A DNA stretch of 63,944 nucleotides, filler included, from Lama guanicoe (Eukaryota): NCBI GenBank assembly GCA_013239625.1. It is 74 parts of 73 records of this genome, joined end to end, with 100 filler letters (N's around TTAATTAATTAA, not from the genome) between each part and the next. Parts side by side here need not be neighbours in the genome. Positions count along the whole stretch, not along the records: positions 37,042 to 37,784 come from PNXV01015860.1; positions 37,885 to 38,746 come from PNXV01015861.1; positions 38,847 to 39,717 come from PNXV01015862.1; positions 39,818 to 40,567 come from PNXV01015871.1; positions 40,668 to 41,210 come from PNXV01015872.1; positions 41,311 to 42,589 come from MU055717.1; positions 42,690 to 43,520 come from PNXV01015887.1; positions 43,621 to 44,348 come from PNXV01015889.1; 66 more parts are not named here. One strand, 5' to 3'. Under the pieces are notes generated by a model. The model was not told the origin of the DNA. It saw only the letters and a program-made list of their open reading frames with translations, and searched no databases. Position 1 is the stretch's first letter; every line of letters starts with the position of its first letter. A program made the position numbers and the translations under genes. This document shows positions 36,942 through 48,107 of this stretch, in pieces.

Positions 36942-38089
36942 NNNNNNNNNNNNNNNNNNNNNNNNNNNNNNNNNNNNNNNNNNNNTTAATTAATTAANNN
37001 NNNNNNNNNNNNNNNNNNNNNNNNNNNNNNNNNNNNNNNNNATATTTTAAGACTGTTATGTACCAAAAATTGTGCTTAGGGAATTCAGTGTGTCAGTGAA
37101 TGGATGTCACATAAGATGGTCCTAAGGGAATGTTAGTTATTTTCATTATGCACCATCGATAAAATTGGCTGCACAGACTTGGCCAGGTATCACAGCTACA
37201 GGCACAAGAATTTGACAATGTGTCACTGTGGATCATAGTCACTATTTTACACAGTAAAACAGCTACCTGAGACCACCCATCAGTCAGCCCACCCGACTCC
37301 CCACCCCAAGATCCCTGAATTTATCTGATTTGCTTGCTACCCCTGCTTTTTGGAGAAAGTTGGCAAATCACACAGTCAATGACTGCTAGGTTATGTCCAT
37401 TCCCATTCACTCAATTATCAATTTGCCCCATTTTCATTATCCACTGTGCTGCAAAACATAGACTAATGTTCAGAATATGACAGCAAGGCCTTTCCCGTTC
37501 TACAGTCAGAGAAGCATGAATGTGTCATGTTTAATGTGCCATATGACAATAAGGAAGGCAGGAAAACAGGCTCCTGTGCTTTAAGAAAATTTTTAGTAAA
37601 GACGTTTGAAACTAAAAGTGTTTCTGTTTGACCTTCAGCTAACCAGAAAATTCAATTGACTCCTATTACCCATTCCTCAGGTGTCGTGGTTTGATTGTAT
37701 TAGGCACTTCTTCTTCATCTCCCCAGCATGAATTTGCTCCATCAGCACAGATTGAGTGTCTCCAAGGCTGCTCCGTGTGCATGGNNNNNNNNNNNNNNNN
37801 NNNNNNNNNNNNNNNNNNNNNNNNNNNNTTAATTAATTAANNNNNNNNNNNNNNNNNNNNNNNNNNNNNNNNNNNNNNNNNNNNGCAAAGTCTATAACTC
37901 TGCTCCTCCCTCTGGCGTGATGCCCCAGCTGGGCGGCCCACAGATTTATCTCCTGCTTGCCTGACCAGTCCTTCCCTGTCACTCATAACCCACCACAGTG
38001 TCTGATCCTAGCCTGACTTTTCGGCACCTTTTCCCTCCAGTCTGGCAGGAAGAAGGCTGCTCGGGCCACTGTATGACTTCCGGCTTCCC

Positions 38090-38485
38090 AAAGCCTCTGT
38101 GCTCAGGCTGGTCTTGCCTGTGCATCCGGTCCCCTGCTTAGAGGCTCTTCCTCCCCTGCAGGGGGACGTTTCCACTCTTTGCAGGGACACCCCCTCAGGG
38201 AAGCCCTCTTCTTGCCCACAGCAGGGCAGGTGTCCCACGCCACATGCCGAGCTGCCCCATTAGGACTGCGGGTGTCCAGGTCTGCTAGTCAGACCAGCAG
38301 CCTCAGACCCAGGGATTATGCCCGGGCCACCGTTCAAACCTACTGCCCGCCTCACAGCCCCCAGCCAGCAGGTCACCTAGAAGTCACAGCAAGTGCCCCA
38401 CCCAATCAGAAGCCTCTTCATTTGCCAGCACCGCTGATGACTGGTCTCCAAACTTTGGTCAGTTTTGCAAAAAACAGCACCTTCT
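38090..38485 (+). repeat. Low-copy duplicated segment, paralog of 30634-31005
   Basis: Direct colinear similarity. Confidence 0.9.
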
Positions 38486-39817
38486 ACTACGGGGGTTTTC
38501 GCTTCTGCTCCCCATCCTTACTGGAAACATCGAGGGAAACCAAAAGTCCTTTTCTCAACACTTTTCTAATGACATCCTCCCACCCACAATATTCACATGC
38601 TCAAGAGATTTGCGTCCACATGATTTTGTTTTCCTAACGGTAAGTGGCTCAAAGCACTGCAGGATTTTTTCTTTTTTGAGGGTACTTGTACTCAGTTTAT
38701 CGGCTTTAAGCTGTTTTTGTCTCTCTCTTCAGTATCCCTAGCAGTTNNNNNNNNNNNNNNNNNNNNNNNNNNNNNNNNNNNNNNNNNNNNTTAATTAATT
38801 AANNNNNNNNNNNNNNNNNNNNNNNNNNNNNNNNNNNNNNNNNNNNAGAGGTGAGCCAGAGAAGGGAGGGATGGACCCCAGGTAGAAGAGGGAAGGCATA
38901 AGACACCCATGTAACCAAGGGAGGCAAGGACCCAGGTCAGCCAGGGGAGGGATGGGACCACAGAACAGGAGGCCCACATGGCTCTGTTCATCCCTCCGTG
39001 GCTGGAAGGCCTGTCCTTGTGGAGGGCCTGCTAGGGACTGGGTGAGATGCAGGACCATAGGAAGGAGAGGATGGGGGCCCAGAGGGAAAGGAAGGACACA
39101 CAGCTGGGAATTAGTCACAGGAGGACAGCAGGAGTGCTTTAGTATCTGTACTTTGACTGGAGTCCTGGCAACATTCCCTCTCTTCCTCCCCAATGCCATC
39201 ATCCCCCTACCCAGCCCTGCTTCTCCCCTCACCCATGTATGCGGGGCCAGTCACGTTCCACCTACTTCCTACCAGCTGGTGCAGAAACAATTCCTGGACC
39301 TGAAGGAGGAGTTGGGTGTGCCGGCACCCACCAGTCACAGTGCACCCCATTTGGACTCAAGCACTCGTGAGTCTAATGTTAGCCAAGATGCCAGACACAT
39401 GACCAAGGCCCCCAGCTAGGGGTCAGTGATAAAGACAGCCCACCAGACATTGATTTTGAGGAACTTCTAAGGCACTACTGAGCAGACAGTGGCCTGTTCA
39501 GGACCAAAGGCTTTATTCTCTCTCCAGGACATCACGGTTTCCCTCCATTTCAGACCCTCTCACCTCCCCAGGCTCGAAAGCGCACTGCACGGAGCCTGGG
39601 ACCCAGTGATGCCTCAGTTCTCAGAGAGACGTCTCCTCCTAGGGAGGCCCCAGGCCCAGGGGGTGGGCCCAGTGAGCACAAGGAGGAGCTCCACAGCCTG
39701 GCCTTCCTCTTGGCCTCNNNNNNNNNNNNNNNNNNNNNNNNNNNNNNNNNNNNNNNNNNNNTTAATTAATTAANNNNNNNNNNNNNNNNNNNNNNNNNNN
39801 NNNNNNNNNNNNNNNNN

Positions 39818-40567
39818 CTAATTGAAGAATTCAGCAAGGTAGCAGGTTACAAGATTAACATACAAACATCAGTTGCAATTCTTTACACTAATGATGAGTC
39901 AACAGGAAAAGAAAGTAAAGAAACAATCCCCTTTAAAATAGCACCCAAAGTAATAAAATATCTAGGAATAAATCTAACCAAGGAGGTGTAAGACTTATAC
40001 ATGGAAAACTATAAAACACAAGGAAATCAAGAAGACTTTAAAAAATGGAAAGATATGGAATGCTCTTGGATTGGAAGAATCAATATTGTTAAAATGGTCA
40101 CACTGTTCAAGGCAATCTACAGATTTAATGCAATCTCTATCAAATTACTCAGGACATTTTTCACAGAACTAAAACAAATCAGAATAAAATTTATATGGAA
40201 CCATAAAATACCTAGAATTGCCAAAACATTACTAAAGAAAAAGAAAGGAGCTGGAGGAATAACTCTCCCAGACTTTAGACAATGATACAGAGCTGCAGTC
40301 ATCAAAACAACATGGTATTGGTACAAAAACAGACATATGGACCAAAGGAACAGAATAGAGAGCTCAGAAATGAACCTACAAATTTTTGGTCAACCAATCT
40401 TTGACAAAGGAGGCAAGAACTTACAATGGAATAAAGGCAGTCTCTTCAGCAAATGGTGTTGGGAAAACTGAACAGCAGCATGGAAATCAATGAAGCTAGA
40501 ACACTCCATCACACCATGTACAAAAATAAACCCAAAATGGATCAAAGACTTAAACATAAGACAAGTT
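39818..40567 (+). mobile_element. LINE-1 ORF2 fragment (post-RT)
   Basis: [44 protein letters not shown]. Confidence 0.95.
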
Positions 40568-40667
40568 NNNNNNNNNNNNNNNNNNNNNNNNNNNNNNNNN
40601 NNNNNNNNNNNTTAATTAATTAANNNNNNNNNNNNNNNNNNNNNNNNNNNNNNNNNNNNNNNNNNNN

Positions 40668-41110
40668 GCCACCACCAGGCCAGGCCGCGGGGGAGACGGG
40701 AGCAAGATGACCAGAGCGGAGAATCCAGGGCAGGCCCCCTACACACATCTCGGTCACCACCCCCTCACTGTGCAGGCCTCCCAGGAGCAAGCGAACCAGG
40801 AGACATGCCTCCCGTGAACCTGGGGCATTAGAGGCCGCCCCCAGGCCAGGCCGCGGGGAAGGCGGGAACAAATCCCCCGGCTCTCACAGGGTAGCCCCCC
40901 TTATTCCACCTCCACAGCTGCCACACCTGCCATCGTCCCCGCTGCTCCCTGACTGGACCATACAGGGAACCTTCGGCAGCAGAGACCTACCCCGCCAGGC
41001 CGCGGAGGAGATGGGGGCAAATGACTGTCTCCCACTCGGCAGCCCCCTCCCCATGCCGCCAGGGCTACGGCCTCTGCCAACTTCCCAGCCCCCTGGCCGC
41101 ACTGCGCCCG
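40668..41110 (-). repeat. GC-rich degenerate tandem repeat family E
   Basis: caggccgcgg anchors at 40681, 40847 and 40996; reverse complement resembles 31224-31290. Confidence 0.65.
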
Positions 41111-41119
41111 TGGTCTTAC

Positions 41120-41185
41120 TAAAAGTGGGTATAGAGGGAACATGTCTCAACATAATAAAAACTATTATGACAAACCTACAGTCAC
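41120..41185 (+). mobile_element. Short LINE-1 ORF2 fragment
   Basis: aaagtgggtatagagggaacatgtctcaacataataaaaactatt matches the L1 copies at about 1626 and 25561 ([12 protein letters not shown]). Confidence 0.85.
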
Positions 41186-41310
41186 CACAATACCCTACCA
41201 AGAGAGCGGANNNNNNNNNNNNNNNNNNNNNNNNNNNNNNNNNNNNNNNNNNNNTTAATTAATTAANNNNNNNNNNNNNNNNNNNNNNNNNNNNNNNNNN
41301 NNNNNNNNNN

Positions 41311-42589
41311 ACAAATTTCTAGAAATGTACAGCCTGCCAACACTGAATAAACAGAAAACCGAGAACCTTGAAAAGAGTAATCAGTATAAGTTAAATTAAA
41401 TCTATAATTTAAAAACACCCCTTGAACAAAATGCCGAGATGCTTTCAGTAAAACCTCTTTTCCCCCAGCTATTTTAAAAATGAAGGAGGAAGGAAAATTC
41501 CCAAAGTTATTCTATGAGGCTACCATTACCCTGATAACAAAACCAGTCAAAGACACTAACAAAAAAAAANNNNNNNNNNNNNNNNNNNNNNNNNNNNNNN
41601 NNNNNNNNNNNNNNNNNNNNNNNNNNNNNNNNNNNNNNNNNNNNNNNNNNNNNNNNNNNNNNNNNNNNNNNNNNNNNNNNNNNNNNNNNNNNNNNNNNNN
41701 NNNNNNNNNNNNNNNNNNNNNNNNNNNNNNNNNNNNNNNNNNNNNNNNNNNNNNNNNNNNNNNNNNNNNNNNNNNNNNNNNNNNNNNNNNNNNNNNNNNN
41801 NNNNNNNNNNNNNNNNNNNNNNNNNNNNNNNNNNNNNNNNNNNNNNNNNNNNNNNNNNNNNNNNNNNNNNNNNGGCCATTTATTATATAATTCTCAGGGA
41901 AAAGGCTGAAAGCCTTATGGGTAAATTCGGGAACAAAACAAGGATTCCTACTCTCACCACATCTGTTCAATAATAATAGAAGAAAGGAAAAGGAAAAGAA
42001 AAAGAAATAAAAGAAATGCAAAATGGAAAGAAAGAGGTAAAATTGTTACTAGTACTAATGGCATAAAAATCTACACAGAGAGTCCTAAGGGCTTCACACT
42101 GACTATTATGAACAACAAATAATTTCATCAAGGGAGCAGGATACAAGATTAATGTAAAGAAGTCTCTTGCATTTCTACACATTAATCATGAGATACCATA
42201 AAATGGACGTTGAAAGCAATAATAATTAAAACCCCATACCCCGGAATATCTTGGAATAAATGTAACCACATATGTGAAAGATCTAAACACTGAAAATAAT
42301 AAAACATTGACAAAGAAACTAAAGATGATTCAAACAAATGGAAAGATGTGGTCTTGGATTGAAAGACTTCATATTGCAAACATGGCCGTACTACACAAAG
42401 AAACCTAATGATTTAGTGCAATTCCTGTTATGAAGCTGTAGTATTTTCCACAGAACCAGAAAATAAATATCTCTAAGTTTTACATGAAACCATTAAAAAT
42501 TGCCAAAATATTGAGGAAAAACAACAAATCTGGAGGTATATCCCTCCCAGATACCTTATTATACTACAAAGCTTAAGTAATACAAACAG
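41311..42589 (+). mobile_element. Decayed LINE-1 ORF2 fragment
   Basis: EGKFPKLFYEATITLITKP.KD; GAGYKINVKKS; many stops. Confidence 0.9.
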
Positions 42590-42689
42590 NNNNNNNNNNN
42601 NNNNNNNNNNNNNNNNNNNNNNNNNNNNNNNNNTTAATTAATTAANNNNNNNNNNNNNNNNNNNNNNNNNNNNNNNNNNNNNNNNNNNN

Positions 42690-43520
42690 TAAACTCTATA
42701 TTCAGTATTCTGTATTCTATATTCTAAATTCTGTGTTAAGAATTCCATGCTCTAAATACTATATTCAGCATTCTGTATTCTATATTCTAAATTTTGTGTT
42801 CTACATTCTATATTCTAAATTTTATATTCAGTATAATGTATTCTATAATCTAAATTCTGAGTTCTGCATTCCATGTTCTAAATTCTGGGTTCTATAAACT
42901 ATATTATATATTCTATATACTGTGTTGTGCTTTCTATATTCTAAATACTATTTGAGCTTTCTTTATTCTATGTTATAATTTCTGTGTTCTACATTCTATA
43001 TTATAAATATTATATTCAGTATTATGCAATCTATATTCTTAATTCTGTGTTCTGCATAGCATGTTCTTAATTCTGGATTCTATATTCAGTATTCTACATT
43101 GTATATTCTGTGTTCTACATTCTATAATCTTAATTCTACATTCAGTATTCTTTATTGTATATTCTAAATACTGTGTTCTACATTCTATATTCTAAATTGT
43201 ATATTCAGTATTCTGTATTCTATATTCTAAATTCTGAGTTCTGCTTTCCATTTTCCAAAATCTGGCTTCAATATTCTCTAAGTTAATATTCTGTTTTATA
43301 CATTCAATAATCTAAATTATATATTCAGTGTTATGTATCCTATATTCTATATTCTGTGTTCTACATTCAATTTTAAATTGTTTATTAAGTATTCTGTATA
43401 CTATATTCTAAATTCTCTGTTCTGCTATCCATGTTCTAAATTCTGGGTTCTATATACTATTTTGTATTTTGTACATTCTGTGTTCTACATTCTATATTCT
43501 AAATTCTATATTCAGCATTC
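42690..43520 (-). repeat. Heptamer satellite family A
   Basis: Tandem ATATTCT-type units. Confidence 0.95.
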
Positions 43521-44448
43521 NNNNNNNNNNNNNNNNNNNNNNNNNNNNNNNNNNNNNNNNNNNNTTAATTAATTAANNNNNNNNNNNNNNNNNNNNNNNN
43601 NNNNNNNNNNNNNNNNNNNNAATAAGGAATTTCAAAATATTGTCAGCAGTTTTCAAATTTTCATGATATCATCTTTACATAGTAAACGTGAAATCTGAGG
43701 TTTTGTAGGTTATTCTTATTGTAGTCTTGTATTTTGGCTTAAAATATTACTAAAATTTTTCTCCTATTGTTGTAGCTGCAGTTCTGCCATAATGCAAATT
43801 TTAAACGAGGCTGTCCCCAGGTTTAGTGAGAATGAAAAGAAGAGTTAGGATTAAAAATTCCTCTCTGGTGTCTTCTTTGACTGAAGATTTCAACAAGAAA
43901 CACTTTAAAGCAGGGGATAATATGCAAAATCATAATTCTTATTTTGTGGCTGACACTAGTGGAGAAAGTGAATTTTTACTTTCTGCACATTTAAACATGC
44001 CTCTAATGAGAAAGCCCTCTACTAACCACATAATTGGTGATACAACTACCCCGATCAGAGGTGATTTTTCTCCTCCATTATCAATGTCAGACCACCAGAA
44101 CAAATTGCAGTGATATTTTAAATCATTTGACCACTGTCCATGGGCACTCTCAAAACAGCTACATTGAAGCAAATGGCTGTGTTGTGAACTTCATTACAAT
44201 TACAACCTGTACTTCTTAGAACAGCATCTTGTCTCCCATACAGAGCAATTATTTTGGATTAATGGTGGAACCTTTTTCTTTTCCAAAAAAAATCACAATT
44301 TATCTGCCAATGAAGGTCGTTTTTCTAAACTTCAACCAGGGAGCAACCNNNNNNNNNNNNNNNNNNNNNNNNNNNNNNNNNNNNNNNNNNNNTTAATTAA
44401 TTAANNNNNNNNNNNNNNNNNNNNNNNNNNNNNNNNNNNNNNNNNNNN

Positions 44449-44900
44449 CGTGCTGCCGACCGTTGGTGGAACCTCTCCATGCTCATTGTTCTGGAAAAAT
44501 TGACAGTGCGTGGGGGAGCTCGAGAGACAACCCCACGCAGCTCCCTTCAGTCACAGGTGTTCCCTGTCCGGAGAAATCCGAGAAATACCTTCCCTGAACT
44601 TGGGGAGGCAGCCTCTGTCCCTTGGATTTCCTGCAAACCCCCCTAGCATTCCCTGGCACAGAGACATTANNNNNNNNNNNNNNNNNNNNNNNNNNNNNNN
44701 NNNNNNNNNNNNNNNNNNNNNNNNNNNNNNNNNNNNNNNNNNNNNNNNNNNNNNNNNNNNNNNNNNNNNNNNNNGCAGCCCTCTCACAGGTGTTCCCTGC
44801 CCGGGGAAGTCCGAGAAATAGCTTCCCTGACCTTGGGGAGGCAGCCTCTGTCAGTGGGATTTACTGCAAACACCCCTAGCATTCCGAGGCACAGCACAGG
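44449..44900 (+). repeat. ~267-bp satellite family B
   Basis: Same unit as 36080-36941. Confidence 0.93.
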
Positions 44901-45000
44901 NNNNNNNNNNNNNNNNNNNNNNNNNNNNNNNNNNNNNNNNNNNNTTAATTAATTAANNNNNNNNNNNNNNNNNNNNNNNNNNNNNNNNNNNNNNNNNNNN

Positions 45001-45693
45001 AGGCTCTTCAGGAGCGGCAGGCTCTTCAGGAGTGGCTAGATCAGCAGGACCACCAGGCTCTTCAGGAGCAGCAGGCTCTTGAGGAGCGGCTAGATCAGCA
45101 GGAGCGGCCGGCTCTTCAGGAGTGGCAGGCTGTTCAGGAGCGGCAGGCTGTTCAGGAGCGGCAAGATCAGCACAGGCAGCAGGCTCTGCAGGAGCAGCTA
45201 TATCAGCAGGAGAAGATGGCTGTTCAGGAGCGGCAGACTGTTCAGGAGCGGCAGGCTCTTCAGGAGCGACAGGCTCATCAGGAGTGGCAAGATCAGCAGG
45301 ACCACCAGGCTCTTCAGGAGCAGCAGGCTCTTGAGCAGTGGCTAGATCAGCAGGATCGGCTGGCTCTTCAGGATCGGCAAGCTGTTCAGGGGTGGCTAGA
45401 TCAGCAGGAGCCACAGGCTCTTCAAGAGCGGCAAGATCAGCAGGCTCTTCTGGAGCGGCAGGCTCTTCAGGAGCGGCCTGACCAGCAGGAGCAGCCGGCT
45501 CTTCAGGATCGGCAGGCTCTTCACTAGTGGCAGGCTCTTCAGGGGTAGCTAGGTCAGCAGGAGCAGCAGGCTCTTCAGGTGCGGCAAGCCCTTCAGGAGA
45601 TTCAGGAGTGGCTAGATCAGCAGGAGCAGCCGGCTCTTCAGGATCGGCAGGCTCTTCAGGATCGGCAAGCTGTTCAGGGGTGGCTAGATCAGC
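45001..45693 (-). CDS. Probable coding 18-bp minisatellite: acidic Pro/Ala/Glu repeat (PEEPAA/PADLAT), internal part of a larger exon
   Basis: One - frame is open for all 231 codons (ADLATPEQLADPEEPADPEEPAAPADLAT...PEEPAAPEEP). Length variants are multiples of 3. No start or stop lies within the scaffold. Confidence 0.55.
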
Positions 45694-46497
45694 AGNNNNN
45701 NNNNNNNNNNNNNNNNNNNNNNNNNNNNNNNNNNNNNNNTTAATTAATTAANNNNNNNNNNNNNNNNNNNNNNNNNNNNNNNNNNNNNNNNNNNNTTAAA
45801 CTGTGGTAGGTGAGGGACTTGGCCTGGCCAACCACGCTCTGTGTTTTCATTTCTCTGCTTTACCCAGTTCCACAAATGAGTTTTACTTTGGCTGTTTGGT
45901 CACAAAGACTAAGGGCAAAGTGCTGGAGAAAAAATGTGTTGCACTTTATTGAACCTCAAGCTGCTCAGAAACCATTTGATGGTCTCTTTGAGCAGGATGA
46001 CATTCGGCTCAGTGGAATCAAAGCCGATGCAAGTGGGGGGATCGCCTGGCAGTTACTTCCTTAGCCTTCATGCTGGAGGAGAGTCTCCACCCACCAGGGC
46101 TCCCCCGTTGATGAAGGTGTAGGATGGAGCAATGCGGGGAACTCCTCAGCCTGACCCTCTGCCAGGAAGAACGCTGAGCACAAGAAAGGCCAGAGCTCCC
46201 AGCNNNNNNNNNNNNNNNNNNNNNNNNNNNNNNNNNNNNNNNNNNNNTTAATTAATTAANNNNNNNNNNNNNNNNNNNNNNNNNNNNNNNNNNNNNNNNN
46301 NNNTTTATGTTTCAGGAGATTTGACTAAAGAACACCTGTCTTTATTCAATAATGAGAACTAAATGCTTAAGCAACATTTAAGAGTTTGAGCAAACTGCCC
46401 CCGCCCCGTAGTGCTGGGTGGCTGCAGCTGTAACTGAGTCAGCGCTTACCTCTCCCAGTACGCTTGTGGTGATCTGCTCTAAGGGGCTCGTCCAACA

Positions 46498-46979
46498 ATT
46501 TGTCAGTAGTCTGTTGGACAATGTCATAAAACATTGATTGAAGGTTGCTGGAATGCAATATATTCTTATTAATATAAAGTAAGTACATATTGAGTGCTTA
46601 CTGTATGATGACAGCCTCACATGAATATTATTTCTCTTAAAACCTCTCATATTTCCTTGTTATTCTCACTTTACAAATAAGGAGACTGAGAATTATGTCT
46701 TCTCTCTTTTGGGGGGAGCTCATTATCAATGATGAGAATTTATAAGGAAAAAGATATTCATTCATCATGAGAAAATATTTTTGTGAGAGTCAGCAATGAA
46801 GAAGATGAACATTGAAGAAAGTGATCATTGTTCGAGTGAGACAAGCCCTGGGTTGTGCGGAGTCATCATCCCTGTCCTGGACATGGCATGTGTAGAGCTG
46901 CGTGGTGGGTGAGGTGGCGCGGCCGCGCAAGGAACGCGGATGCTGGGGCCTTAGGCTGTGCTCAAGCCCGGTGGGGCTT
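46498..46979 (+). repeat. Low-copy duplicated segment, paralog of 2984-3471
   Basis: Direct colinear similarity. Confidence 0.9.
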
Positions 46980-47079
46980 NNNNNNNNNNNNNNNNNNNNN
47001 NNNNNNNNNNNNNNNNNNNNNNNTTAATTAATTAANNNNNNNNNNNNNNNNNNNNNNNNNNNNNNNNNNNNNNNNNNNN

Positions 47080-47616
47080 GAGTGTAAAACTAGCACAGCC
47101 ACCTGAGAAGAAGGTTTGGCAATTTCTTATAAAATTAAACACCTATTCAATGACCCAGAGATTCCAGGTCTAGATATTTATTCAAGAGAAAAGAAAGCAA
47201 ATGTCCACATGAGTAATTTTACATGGACAGTCACAGTAAGGTTAATTATAACACCCTAAACTGGAAACAACAGAGATGCACGTCACCGAAAACGAACAAA
47301 TTGGTAAAGTCAACACCGTGGAGGAGTTTCAGACATTATGCTGGGTGAAAGAAGCCAGACACAAAATTGCCCATATTATATGATTCCCTTACTATGAAAT
47401 TTAAGCACAGGTAAAATCAATCTATGTGCAAAAGAAATCAGAAAAATGGTTGCTTCCAGGGATGGAGACTGACTGGAATGGACCTAAAGAAATTTGATAT
47501 GGTGACAGAAATGTTCCAGTTCCAGACTGGGGTGGTGGCGGCATGAGTTTATACATCTGTCAAGCCTCACCAAACTGTACACTTGATATCTGTGAATTTA
47601 TAAATTTTACCTCAAA
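47080..47616 (+). mobile_element. Ancient L1ME-type 3' end
   Basis: cattatgctgggtgaaagaagccagacacaaaa...tatgattcc...aactgtacactt..tctgtgaattt...ttttacctcaa. Confidence 0.8.
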
Positions 47617-47788
47617 AGTCCTTAAGGCAGCCATCTAAACATCATCTCAGAAATAGAGACAATCCTTTCTCAGTTACCACCTCAAACTNNNNNNNNNNNN
47701 NNNNNNNNNNNNNNNNNNNNNNNNNNNNNNNNTTAATTAATTAANNNNNNNNNNNNNNNNNNNNNNNNNNNNNNNNNNNNNNNNNNNN

Positions 47789-47981
47789 GCGGTGCCGGGT
47801 GAGGGGGCTGAGGGGGCTGAGGCGGCAACGGCGGCGGTACCGTCTGAGGCGGCTGTTCCGGCTGAGGGGGGCGATGCGGCGGCGGCTGCGGTGCCGGCTG
47901 AGGGGGCTGAGGCCTCGGCAGCGACTGCTGGAAAGACTTGTGGGACTCGAAGGCTTTCGCCAGGTTTTCCAGGGTCGCCAT
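47789..47981 (-). CDS. HTT: Huntingtin exon-1-like coding region, diverged (paralog or pseudogene; truncated by scaffold end)
   Basis: MATLENLAKAFESHKSF-QQ-SLPRPQPPQPAPQPPP... versus HTT N17 MATLEKLMKAFESLKSF (14/17 identical), followed by CAG CAG and a P/Q-rich region; Kozak GCCGCCATGG. Confidence 0.85.
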
Positions 47982-48041
47982 GGCGGCCTCCCGCCCCGCG
48001 TGTACAGCCCCCGGAGTCGCCGGCCGGACCAGCGTCTCCGG

Positions 48042-48107
48042 TCAGCACGGTGGCAGTGAACGGAGCTTGGGGCCGCCAGCCAGTGCGGACCCCAAGCGCG
48101 CGGCCAT
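48042..48107 (-). promoter_or_regulatory. HTT-type 5'UTR upstream ORF, 21 codons (MAARLGSALAGGPKLRSLPPC*)
   Basis: ATG to TGA spans 66 nt, with the same length, position and terminal SLP.C* as the recalled human HTT uORF. It overlaps a YY1-type CAAGATGGCCGC motif. Confidence 0.75.

Noticed and set aside
43826..44219. 95-aa and 61-aa ORFs as a coding exon
   Set aside because: No recognisable homology, stops in all frames nearby, and no convincing splice pair. A decayed pseudogene cannot be excluded without BLASTX.
45122..45751. + strand GSSGAA or QERQAL repeat proteins
   Set aside because: These frames are interrupted by stops (e.g. 45332-45334, 45525-45527), while the - strand PEEPAA frame is open throughout.
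47789..47981. Processed HTT pseudogene
   Set aside because: Promoter-homologous sequence upstream of the 5'UTR argues for DNA-level duplication. The exon 1/intron 1 junction is not in the scaffold, so this is not fully excluded.
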